Source of the DNA: Minisyncoccota bacterium
GTDB lineage: Bacteria; Patescibacteriota; Minisyncoccia; Phycocordibacterales; UBA9973
Length of the DNA: 64,000 nt
Direction: 5' to 3'
Assembly: GCA_025453495.1 (NCBI GenBank)
Contig: JALOQM010000001.1
Coordinates: 155,161 to 219,160 of the forward strand
The position numbers were made by a program, and so were the translations under genes. Below the pieces are notes generated by a model. The model was not told where the DNA came from, ran no database searches, and saw only the letters and a program-made list of their open reading frames with translations. Below, in pieces: positions 28,962 through 37,435 of this stretch; position 1 is the first letter of the stretch, and every line of letters starts with the position of its first letter.

Positions 28962-29765
28962 TTATTTTTCCTCTGCCTTATTGAGTATCAGGGAAATCAT
29001 CGCGAGCGGAACCTCATAATCACGAAGTTCAAGAATATATGGCGTCTCCTTTCCATCCTTGAAAATATGGAGGCCGTCTGAGCGAAGCTCAAGCGAACCG
29101 ATCTTCTTAAACGGGAATGAGAACTGCTTGCGATAACCAAGATAGCCGACGCGCTGATTCGTGATATAGAACACGCCAGAATCCTCCTTGTCCATGATCT
29201 CCTTGGAGACGCTTTGTACGCCTATCGATCCGACGCGGTATCGCACGCCTTTCATGATCTTTATCGAACCAGTAAAGCCGCCGTAGTTCACGCGCGTGGT
29301 GACTTTCTTGCGCTTCATCATGTCTGCGGCAATAGCCCAATGAAGTACCTCGTCTTCTTTGAACACGACATTCAGTTCAGCTTGCGCGTTTTCGATTGTC
29401 GGCAATATGCCCTTGTCTACGAGCGCAAGCGTATAATACTTGTTGAAATTGTCTTGGTTGAAGGCGATGTCGCTTTTCGTGAGACTGAAATGGTTGAGCA
29501 ATTTCTCAAGCGCATTCTTTTCGTCATCAGTGATCCGCTTGTCTGAACCCATAGCGGTAAAAACAGAAGCGACCGAGGTCTTATGGATTGCTTTCACATC
29601 GTCATCAGACAAACCAAACTCCTTTTGCATTTCCATGAGTTTCTCGCTTTCATCGAAGGTCAGTTCACTATCGGCAAGGAACGCTGTCATTGACTCTTGA
29701 TACTTCTTGAGTCCATCCCGTTTCTTTAGGTACCGTTTAACAAATCCGGGTAGATGTAGTTTCAT
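28962..29765 (-). CDS. Hypothetical protein (267 aa) upstream of the RHS toxin gene on the same strand
   Basis: ORF; 3-nt gap to the upstream membrane protein gene. Confidence 0.4.
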   Translation of the reverse strand: MKLHLPGFVKRYLKKRDGLKKYQESMTAFLADSELTFDESEKLMEMQKEFGLSDDDVKAIHKTSVASVFTAMGSDKRITDDEKNALEKLLNHFSLTKSDIAFNQDNFNKYYTLALVDKGILPTIENAQAELNVVFKEDEVLHWAIAADMMKRKKVTTRVNYGGFTGSIKIMKGVRYRVGSIGVQSVSKEIMDKEDSGVFYITNQRVGYLGYRKQFSFPFKKIGSLELRSDGLHIFKDGKETPYILELRDYEVPLAMISLILNKAEEK

Positions 29766-29767
29766 GG

Positions 29768-30385
29768 CTAGTTTATCTCTTCAACCTTAACCTCCCAATT
29801 TATTCCGCTGATAACCCGGATGTAATAACGGCCCGGAGCGATATTGCGGTATGTTGTCTGTCCTTCTCCTTGTTCGGATCCTTCGGTTGAGATGGAAAGA
29901 CCAGGTCCAATATAGCCGCCGTTTTCCTTTTCTAGGCTTATGCTCGAGAAACTGCCGACTGTTGAACCGGTAGTCGTTGCAGTAACGCGTACTTTCTTGC
30001 CCGTGATATTGAAAGACTCGGAATCTTGATTGCCTTTGCCTTTGAGTGAATACACTTCCGTGAAGACTTCCTCTTGAGGTGCGGATTTTTCGCTCGTTCC
30101 AGATTGAGAATCAATTACTTGGCGGGCTTCATCTATTGAACCTGATACGATTAGGCCTCCAATGATGAGAATGGCCGCGATGACGAATCGCGCCATGCCG
30201 GAGAAATTGATCTTGAGATATTTCTTGGTGAGCGTGTTGACGATTGGCAATAAAATGACTCCGGCGATGACGACGGCGACATGACCACTCGCAAGACCTG
30301 CGATGATAGTAAGTACGCCAAGGACCCAGAGAACAATTGAACCTGCTGAGACTGATTTAACGGTCTCGTTGTTTTCGTTATGCAT
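29768..30385 (-). CDS. Hypothetical membrane protein (205 aa)
   Basis: Two to three N-terminal TM helices, then an S/T/G-rich extracellular segment. Confidence 0.4.
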   Translation of the reverse strand: MHNENNETVKSVSAGSIVLWVLGVLTIIAGLASGHVAVVIAGVILLPIVNTLTKKYLKINFSGMARFVIAAILIIGGLIVSGSIDEARQVIDSQSGTSEKSAPQEEVFTEVYSLKGKGNQDSESFNITGKKVRVTATTTGSTVGSFSSISLEKENGGYIGPGLSISTEGSEQGEGQTTYRNIAPGRYYIRVISGINWEVKVEEIN

Positions 30386-30708
30386 ATTTTTCTAGCGGGT
30401 TTTTAATTTGGCGGGAATAACAAAAGACTCCCCGCCATCGCGATGGAAACCTTTCGGCCCCACCCGTACCCGTTTCCAGGTACGACCCGCTAGAGTGACT
30501 CTGACGAGGAGTCTTTTATTCTCTAGCGGGATTTTCGACCATATCCTTGGCGCAAACCAAGGGGTTAGGTCTCCTATTAAGTTGTAAAGCGATTATACCC
30601 TTTTTATAGGGTCGTCGCATCCTAGCTCGGATTAGGGAGTTTGTGTAGCGTACTTACCAACAAAGTGGATTAAGCGGACTGGACTTCGTAGGCCTTCTGA
30701 GTCATCCA
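30386..30708. ncRNA. GC-rich highly structured intergenic region (candidate cis-regulatory RNA or ncRNA)
   Basis: Three copies of TCTAGCGGG (two direct, one inverted as ACCCGCTAGAG), giving two mutually exclusive 10-bp pairings, one followed by ATTTT. A further 10-bp pairing AAAAGACTCC/GGAGTCTTTT. Local hairpins GGCGGG..CCCGCC, GTACC..GGTAC, CCTTGG..CCAAGG. Much higher GC than the flanks. Confidence 0.4.
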
Positions 30709-31035
30709 TTGGGTGTGGATGATATCGAGGCGATCATAGACGCCGCCAAGCATTTCAAATACGAGGAAACCGAAACTGCCTATGCCTTTAATCGAATCTC
30801 GCAACTTGCTGACTCGAAATCAAATCTGAAACGAGCGATCAAAGAGCGCGTTCGGCTTTTGTATGCCGCGTATATCTCTTTGGCTTCCTTTATTCCCGAC
30901 GAGGATGTCGACTACATGCTTGGGTTATACGGAAGGCGTACACAAAAGCGATCCGCTAGAATTGTGGCGCGGGTGATGAAAGAGATGGAGGTGCTTGAAA
31001 AAGAAATTCGGAAGTTTAATCCTTTATCTAATTAA
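30709..31035 (+). CDS. Hypothetical protein (108 aa)
   Basis: ORF downstream of the structured region. Confidence 0.35.
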   Translation: MGVDDIEAIIDAAKHFKYEETETAYAFNRISQLADSKSNLKRAIKERVRLLYAAYISLASFIPDEDVDYMLGLYGRRTQKRSARIVARVMKEMEVLEKEIRKFNPLSN

Positions 31036-31060
31036 AATTTGAAATTAATACTCCTTCATT

Positions 31061-31945
31061 TTATATTCCCAAATCACCAAGGGCATCCTCCAGTAAAGGA
31101 ATGATGTCTTTGAAATACACCCTTAACTTTTTTAGGTCGTTAGCGCCATTTGCTCTTCTTTTAATATTTTCCCATTCTTTACGTAGTAAGTACTCATCTC
31201 CAGATAGATTGGTGAGGTTAAAAGACATCTTATCTATGATGTAACTTTTTTCTATTTTCTTATTTAGAAATATTACAGGATAATTTGAATCATCCCAGAA
31301 AAGGAGTTCGTAGGCTGTCGCCACCCCTTTCGAGCCGTTTACTCCCATAACAACTTCAGACCCCTGCGCAAAAAATCTATGTTCAAAATCCTCCCACATT
31401 GCTGGGGTAAATGATTTTGAATCCATTTCTTGCAAGAGTACATTTTCTATAAAGGATGAGAGAGTTTGATAAGCAAAAGTCACTAGTTTTTCGTCTCTTT
31501 TATCATCGGGATTTTTATCTGCGTGAAATAGATTATTTCTGACTTCATACCAGAACTCCACAACATTCATAAAGTCATTCTCGTCAGCAATTTTACCTTG
31601 ATTATCTAGACCGGCTCTGTGATGATAACTCGCATTATTCCACCAACCATTTCCAGTTGTCATCGGTTCTCTTTGTAGGTAGTTGATGAGGTCTATCAAT
31701 CTTTCTTTGTAATCTGGCTCACCATTTATAAAAGCAGTCCATCTTGCTTGATATGTCTCATCGTTTTTGAAATGTTGTATATACGAGCGTTCTTTTGTAT
31801 TCCCAGAAGCTACCTCGATGTCTTGTTTGGAATATTTATATTTTTTCAAAAAAGCTTCAAAGGCGAGATACTCAAAAACATATCGAGAAAAATAATCTTC
31901 TTTCGCCTTTTCGTGCCAATTTCTTATAAGGGAGATATCTGTCAT
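31061..31945 (-). CDS. HEPN-like (Rx4H) domain protein, possible Abi-type defence protein
   Basis: Probable start MTDISLIRNWHEK; ...EVRNNLFHADKN... matches the HEPN R-x4-H motif; AT-rich. Confidence 0.4.
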   Translation of the reverse strand: MTDISLIRNWHEKAKEDYFSRYVFEYLAFEAFLKKYKYSKQDIEVASGNTKERSYIQHFKNDETYQARWTAFINGEPDYKERLIDLINYLQREPMTTGNGWWNNASYHHRAGLDNQGKIADENDFMNVVEFWYEVRNNLFHADKNPDDKRDEKLVTFAYQTLSSFIENVLLQEMDSKSFTPAMWEDFEHRFFAQGSEVVMGVNGSKGVATAYELLFWDDSNYPVIFLNKKIEKSYIIDKMSFNLTNLSGDEYLLRKEWENIKRRANGANDLKKLRVYFKDIIPLLEDALGDLGI

Positions 31946-32169
31946 GTAAGTTGATCGCTTTAAGCATTCGCAAGGCAACTATATCATGCGTAGACAGGAC
32001 TAAAAAGACGATGGAATTTCTTGATTTTTAGGCATTTCGGTTACCAACAGCTACCACTCGGGACGCTCTGGACTCCTAAAAGGCATTGCGTCATTCATGT
32101 AGGTGTATGAACTATACACAAACACAAGCGCCATTAGGGACGACGGCCAAAGTAGTCGTTCCAATCAAA

Positions 32170-33438
32170 ATGAAATACTGCCTTTATGCGAGAAAGTCGA
32201 CAGAGTCGGAAGAGCGGCAGGTACTCAGTATCGACAGTCAAATCAAGGAGATGCTCCAATTAGCAGAGCGCGAAGGACTTGAGATCGTGACGATGAAGCG
32301 CGAAAGCCACTCTGCCAAGGAAACAGGCCAGCGGCCGGTCTTCAACGAGATAATACAGGAACTACATCAAGGAAAGTTCAACGGTATCCTGACATGGGCA
32401 CCAGATCGCATAAGCAGAAATGCTGGCGACCTGGGCAAGATCGTCGACCTCATGGATGCAGGAAAATTACACCAGATACGCACCTTCGGACAGACGTTCG
32501 GCAACAATCCAAATGAGAAATTCCTGCTCATGATTTTAGGCTCGCAGGCCAAGCTCGAAAACGACAACCGAGGCATTAATGTCAAACGTGGGCTGCGAAC
32601 CCGGGTAGAGATGGGCTTATGGCCGGGCATGGCACCGCTCGGCTACCTAAATCAGAAGATGCTCGACAGGAAGTGCCAGATCGCCGTCGATCCCGACCGC
32701 GCCCCGATCGTTCGCAAAATGTTCGAAAAAGTAGCATATGAAGGATGGAGTGGACGGAAGGTCTACAACTGGCTTAGATTTGATCTGAACTTCCATACCA
32801 GAGGCAACAGGCCGCTGACGCTCTCGGGAGTGTATCGAATATTCAATATGCCAATCTATTACGGACCATTTGAATACCCGAGAGACTCCGGCAATTGGTA
32901 CGACGGCAAGCATGAGCCGATCATAACTAAGGAGTTATATGAAAAAGCGCAGGAACAGCTCAAACGTGACAAGATCGTCCGAGAGAATCGAGAGTTTGCA
33001 TTCACTAAGCTATTTACCTGCGGTATGTGTGGCTCAGGCATATCGGCACAGGAGAAATACAAGGAACTGAAAGATGGCACGAATGCCAAGTACGTCTACT
33101 ACTCATGCTCGAAAGCGCGAGACCGAAACTGCAAAAACAAGTATATTCGTGAGGAAGAACTGATCGAGGAGCTACTTAAGATCATCGACAAACTAAACAT
33201 TAATGAATTAGGGATGAGAATGAAGCTTGAGGAGGAAATCAAGCGATTCAATAGACTTCAGAGGCTTGCAACGAAAGGAACGCCCAAGTACAACATCAAC
33301 GAAGATGACGTGAATACAAGAGAGTATGCCAAGTATGTGCTACGAGAAGGAACGCCACTTGAGAAGCGAGAGTTGATGGGTCATCTGAGGAGTAGACTGT
33401 TGCTGAAGGACAAGAAGATTACGCTACTTGATCAATAA
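32170..33438 (+). CDS. Large serine recombinase (resolvase/invertase N-domain, recombinase domain and zinc ribbon)
   Basis: Internal start MKYCLYARKSTESEERQ (catalytic Ser region); ...RISRN...; GINVKRGLRTRVEMG; Cys cluster CGMCGS...YYSCSK; C-terminal coiled coil. Upstream 32050-32075 carries TACCACTCGGGACGC. Confidence 0.85.
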   Translation: MKYCLYARKSTESEERQVLSIDSQIKEMLQLAEREGLEIVTMKRESHSAKETGQRPVFNEIIQELHQGKFNGILTWAPDRISRNAGDLGKIVDLMDAGKLHQIRTFGQTFGNNPNEKFLLMILGSQAKLENDNRGINVKRGLRTRVEMGLWPGMAPLGYLNQKMLDRKCQIAVDPDRAPIVRKMFEKVAYEGWSGRKVYNWLRFDLNFHTRGNRPLTLSGVYRIFNMPIYYGPFEYPRDSGNWYDGKHEPIITKELYEKAQEQLKRDKIVRENREFAFTKLFTCGMCGSGISAQEKYKELKDGTNAKYVYYSCSKARDRNCKNKYIREEELIEELLKIIDKLNINELGMRMKLEEEIKRFNRLQRLATKGTPKYNINEDDVNTREYAKYVLREGTPLEKRELMGHLRSRLLLKDKKITLLDQ

Positions 33439-34420
33439 AATAAGCTTTAAACTCATCCGAGTAGAAGGTAAATTCATTGTAGCTCTCAGCAAACTTTTTA
33501 TTTGTAACATACACGTCCATTGGTTGAGCGTTTGTGTCTATAACAACACAATTAGCTTGATTATTTGTAATAAATGGGAGCTTTCTGCTGTTCCATGCAT
33601 CATATGCAAGGTGTTCTGAATCCGCATTACCAAAGAGTGTAAGCTTGGGCTTAAGCACATCAAGAAAATCATATGACCTGTCTGATTTTCGTCCATGGTG
33701 AGGAGCGATAAGTACGTCAATATCTTTTACATCATCACTATGGTTTTTGAGAATATGATCCCATGTTTTATCGTGGGAATCTCCAGCAAGAAGAATTTTG
33801 CCACCCTTTGAACGGTACAAGATGACATAGGAAGAATCATTATAATCCTCTGCGTCATTTCCTTCTTCAACCAACTTCTTAGTCGGAGATAGGATATATA
33901 ATCCGTCGCCACCACCTTTGCCATTCTCATCATGATTATAATGATGACCTCTTGACCCAGAATAAAGAACGAGTCGTCGAGGGTCACTTTGCGGGTTTTC
34001 ATCACGCATCTTCTTGTAAAACTCCCAATCTTCTGGATCATAAGGGCTACCTTCTTCAAATTCCTTTTCGCATGTATTGTCTGTATCCCAAAAGTTCTGA
34101 GGTTTAAAAATATCAAATAAGACCTTGATCCCTGACATATGATCCATGTCGGGGTGTGTCAAAATAAATCTAAAAACTTTATCCACGCCAAATTCCTTTA
34201 AGTATCTTATTGGATTTACGGGCAATGACTTCTGATTGAAATTACCAGAAACACTTAGTGTTTCAACAACTGCCTCTCTAACGATTTTTTTGAGCTCGTA
34301 GTTCTTTTCATCAGCAATTGCGCTACCGTTACAGATATCGAAAACACTTACATGTCCTGAGGGGTGTTGAATAATCGAGCAATCACCATTCTTAACATTT
34401 AAAAAGTGAAATACTCCCAT
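33419..34420 (-). CDS. Metallo-beta-lactamase-fold protein of the ComEC/Rec2 C-terminal-domain type
   Basis: 333 aa; N-terminal ...FLNVKNGDCSIIQHPSG...; THPDMDHMSG (HxHxDH-like) and LIAPHHGRKSD are typical of ComEC-type metallo-beta-lactamase domains. Confidence 0.6.
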   Translation of the reverse strand: MGVFHFLNVKNGDCSIIQHPSGHVSVFDICNGSAIADEKNYELKKIVREAVVETLSVSGNFNQKSLPVNPIRYLKEFGVDKVFRFILTHPDMDHMSGIKVLFDIFKPQNFWDTDNTCEKEFEEGSPYDPEDWEFYKKMRDENPQSDPRRLVLYSGSRGHHYNHDENGKGGGDGLYILSPTKKLVEEGNDAEDYNDSSYVILYRSKGGKILLAGDSHDKTWDHILKNHSDDVKDIDVLIAPHHGRKSDRSYDFLDVLKPKLTLFGNADSEHLAYDAWNSRKLPFITNNQANCVVIDTNAQPMDVYVTNKKFAESYNEFTFYSDEFKAYFIDQVA

Positions 34421-34425
34421 AGTTT

Positions 34426-35121
34426 TTATTTACCTACATATTCTTGAAAAAGAGAGCGAGCGTATCTCTTTCCGTGATTATGAATTAGTTTTTTATTCAA
34501 AAGCATCAGGAACAGATACGCCAGTGCCATGGCAAGTGAAAGATAGTATGCCGCATGGATGTCTTTAACTAGAGAGAATACAAACATGTTTATAATAGAG
34601 ACAAATACAGAAATAACCGAACATCCGATCAAGTTTCTTATAAACCCGTATTCAATATTTCTCGACAGCAATAGTCGACCATCTTTCAGCGAATGACGAA
34701 TAAGCGTTACTGCTTCAGCAATCGCTTTTCTTGCCTCGGTTTCGTTTCGGATCTCTTCATCGGGAATAAAAATTTGGATGTTATAGTCAACCTTTATTTT
34801 GTCATGAATTTTTTGCTTGAATTGTAGCGTGTACTCACTGTTAGAATGTAAGAGAAAATCTGTTGTGGGCATTCTAGTCTCATCTCGACTAAACCAAGTT
34901 GACTCATAGAGGTCTTTACCTATAGATCTTCCAATAAATGAAAGTAGTATTAGAAAGACAACGGGGGTGGATATGTCGCCGACCCAGCTCACTCCAAAAA
35001 TTAGTTTGAAGAAACCAGACAAATGGTCGTTGAGGAAAAAGAAATAAAGAACTAGAAAAGGAAAGGATGCGAGTATTGCAGGAAGGATTCTTGCCTGAAT
35101 TGTATATTGGTTGAGTTTCAT
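34426..35121 (-). CDS. Hypothetical polytopic membrane protein (231 aa)
   Basis: Two N-terminal and two C-terminal TM segments; lies between the two metallo-beta-lactamase-fold genes with 3-5-nt gaps. Confidence 0.4.
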   Translation of the reverse strand: MKLNQYTIQARILPAILASFPFLVLYFFFLNDHLSGFFKLIFGVSWVGDISTPVVFLILLSFIGRSIGKDLYESTWFSRDETRMPTTDFLLHSNSEYTLQFKQKIHDKIKVDYNIQIFIPDEEIRNETEARKAIAEAVTLIRHSLKDGRLLLSRNIEYGFIRNLIGCSVISVFVSIINMFVFSLVKDIHAAYYLSLAMALAYLFLMLLNKKLIHNHGKRYARSLFQEYVGK

Positions 35122-35123
35122 AT

Positions 35124-36179
35124 TTATTCTTCTACATAATCATGGAATGGCTCCTGTACTGCAGGACCCCATCCTTGTCGGGTGGGAGCGAGATGTGGAT
35201 GACAAAGCGTCATATTTTTAGTTACATATACAAGTGCGCCATACTTTTTGAGTCCGTTGATGACCTTCTTCGATGGGTGTTTATCTGAGTTTTGAGGCGC
35301 AGAAATCGAAGCTATTACTCCGTTTATCCTTTTGAGAACTTTACTACTCATATTTCGCTTACTGCCATGATGAGGAACATCGAGCAGATTTAGTCCTGTG
35401 AGAACTATACCCTTGGTGTCTGCGTAGTCTGCAGCCAGATGGAGTGCCGTTTTACCTGCATCTCCAGTGAAAAGGATCTTATGTCCGTCTATGTTCAAAA
35501 AGACAATTGCACTTGAATTATTTTCTGCGGAGGTTGAATCCGTGTCATCATCAAGAAGATCGATGTGGATAAAATCCTGAATTTTCTTTGCAACGGTCTC
35601 GATCGCTCTTACAGCGGGCGCTAAAAATCCCAAGGCGGCAACAGGCTCTGGGGTAGAACGGAAATGAGCAAGAAGACCCTGATAATATTCCTTCGATGGA
35701 CCAAGTACGTGCAGTGCATCATTGAATCCAGTAACACCCTGAAACGGTTCAACGATTTGGACACCTTTCTTCTTTGCAATTGCCTCAAGATCACTCGCAT
35801 GTTGCAGAGCTTTTTCCAATTTATCACTCAAGCCAGAGGATGTGATACGCCCGTTAACGAAATGCTTTTTAATATCTTCTGCATGTTCCCATGGCCTGTG
35901 CATAGCTAGAGTAGTTACATTGAGTTTTTCTAGGACAACAGTGAGTCCAGACGCGTGATCGGCATCAGGATGGGTACAGAATACAACGTCGACAATTTCT
36001 GTGCCGTAGTATGTTTTGATGTGATTAACAAGTGTCTCTCCAGACTCTTTTGTTCCTCCGTCGATTACGATAACAGTTTGCTCTGTTCTTGGGCCTGTCA
36101 GGTTTCCGAAGCGAAGTGCGATAGCGTCGCCTCCTTTTTCTCCTTCTCCTACAGGAATGTAGTCAATTTCATAAGCCAT
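35124..36179 (-). CDS. Metallo-beta-lactamase-fold protein of the ComEC/Rec2 C-terminal-domain type (paralogue of 33419..34420)
   Basis: 351 aa; VIDGGTKESGE...VDVVFCTHPDADHASGL...LLDVPHHGSKRNMSS. Confidence 0.6.
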   Translation of the reverse strand: MAYEIDYIPVGEGEKGGDAIALRFGNLTGPRTEQTVIVIDGGTKESGETLVNHIKTYYGTEIVDVVFCTHPDADHASGLTVVLEKLNVTTLAMHRPWEHAEDIKKHFVNGRITSSGLSDKLEKALQHASDLEAIAKKKGVQIVEPFQGVTGFNDALHVLGPSKEYYQGLLAHFRSTPEPVAALGFLAPAVRAIETVAKKIQDFIHIDLLDDDTDSTSAENNSSAIVFLNIDGHKILFTGDAGKTALHLAADYADTKGIVLTGLNLLDVPHHGSKRNMSSKVLKRINGVIASISAPQNSDKHPSKKVINGLKKYGALVYVTKNMTLCHPHLAPTRQGWGPAVQEPFHDYVEE

Positions 36180-36191
36180 ATAAAGTTAGTG

Positions 36192-36812
36192 CTAAAATTT
36201 TGGTAATACTGACACGACAACTCCTTGGATATGAAAATCATCCGTAAGAATTATTGGCTGATGAGTGGGGTTTGTCGATTTTGGCTTCAGCATTACAAAA
36301 TCACCTTGAGGATGATACTCCTTAACGGTAGCGTCATCATCTATAAGAGCTACGACTTTTTGACCAGGATCAGCTGAGGACTGTTGCTTCACCAGAAGCA
36401 AGTCTCCGTCGTTGATGCCAGCTTTATTCATAGAGTCGCCATTTGCACGAAGTAGGAAGTACTTTGATCCTGGCTTCACCATACTTACAGAAACTGGGAT
36501 CATAGCTTCGACATTTTCTTCGGCAAGCATAGGCGCGCCACAGGATACACTTCCAATCAAGGGAAGCGAGATGGTTCGGGCCACGATACCTTCTCTTAGG
36601 TCTTTAATGAACTGAAGGGTGCCGTCGGTCTTTTTCTTTAGAAATCCTCCAGACTCAAGTTCTTCGAGAAGCAACATCGCTGATCGAGGAGACTTATAAT
36701 CCAAAGCATCCATCAGCTTTCTGACAGAGGGAACCTTTCCGAAATGCATCACGTTGTTGCGGATGAACTTCAGGGCTTCACGTGCTTTTTGGCTTAACTC
36801 TTTGTCACTCAT
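36192..36812 (-). CDS. lexA: LexA-type repressor (wHTH plus S24 peptidase)
   Basis: 206 aa; C-terminal GDSM (Ser nucleophile) and a downstream Lys (VKEYHP); N-terminal HTH. Confidence 0.8.
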   Translation of the reverse strand: MSDKELSQKAREALKFIRNNVMHFGKVPSVRKLMDALDYKSPRSAMLLLEELESGGFLKKKTDGTLQFIKDLREGIVARTISLPLIGSVSCGAPMLAEENVEAMIPVSVSMVKPGSKYFLLRANGDSMNKAGINDGDLLLVKQQSSADPGQKVVALIDDDATVKEYHPQGDFVMLKPKSTNPTHQPIILTDDFHIQGVVVSVLPKF

Positions 36813-36830
36813 GATACAAAGTGTATCATA
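36811..36830. promoter_or_regulatory. Perfect 7-3-7 palindrome TGATACA-AAG-TGTATCA overlapping the lexA start codon (candidate LexA box)
   Basis: Seen directly; TTGACT (-35-like) about 35 nt upstream on the coding strand. Confidence 0.4.
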
Positions 36831-36960
36831 CTGTATACTTAAAAGTCAATAACGTAAAAGAGCGACACTGATCGCTCTTTTTGCTACAACCATGAAGCCT
36901 TGTGGGTCGCGCTACCTCCTTAGGCAGTCGGGATACAAAACTAACAGGTTGTCAATGCGG

Positions 36961-37048
36961 AGGAGGTGAGATTCGAACTCACGGACCACGTAAATGGTCT
37001 CCTGTTTTCAAGACAGGTGCCTTCAACCACTCAGCCACTCCTCCGTAT
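36961..37048 (-). tRNA. tRNA-Ser (anticodon TGA), class II with long variable arm
   Basis: Minus strand GGAGGAGTGGCTGAGTGGTTGAAGGCACCTGTCTTGAAAACAGGAGACCATTTACGTGGTCCGTGAGTTCGAATCTCACCTCCTCCG. Confidence 0.85.
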
Positions 37049-37113
37049 AGGCAGAGCTTAACAGAAAACCCCCTTGAAATCAAAGCTGATTTCAAGGGGG
37101 TTTTCTTAGGGGT

Positions 37114-37377
37114 TTATTTTGTCACTTTTTCGACGTCATGTTCAAGCTTCTTTGCAGTGCCTTTCAGATCATGTTTTATATCTTTGATCTGCTTTTTTGC
37201 AATGTAAAAGAGGTAAAAAATATCAAGAATCGCAAATGTATTTAGTATAAGAAGTGCGATAAACCAGACTTTATGTGAACGCTTTGCTGCTGTCCAGAGG
37301 GCATAGCCTTTCCATGGGAGTACCCACAAAATGATGAGCAAGGAAATAAGGGGACCGTATTGCATTAATGTATTCAT
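37114..37377 (-). CDS. Small membrane protein (87 aa)
   Basis: Internal start MNTLMQYGPLISLLIILWVLPWKGYALW... The upstream part of track ORF 37114..37815 lies antisense to ruvX and is likely spurious. Confidence 0.45.
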   Translation of the reverse strand: MNTLMQYGPLISLLIILWVLPWKGYALWTAAKRSHKVWFIALLILNTFAILDIFYLFYIAKKQIKDIKHDLKGTAKKLEHDVEKVTK

Positions 37378-37435
37378 GTCGACATGATAACAAAGGTAAG
37401 CACATAAGACAATAAAAGAAAACCTATGGTATTGT

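Noticed and set aside
30386-30708. tmRNA, RNase P RNA or SRP RNA
   Set aside because: It lacks a tRNA-like 3' end with a GGTTCGA T-loop and ACCA tail, lacks the RNase P P4 consensus, and lacks the SRP domain IV motif. It is left as an unclassified structured element.
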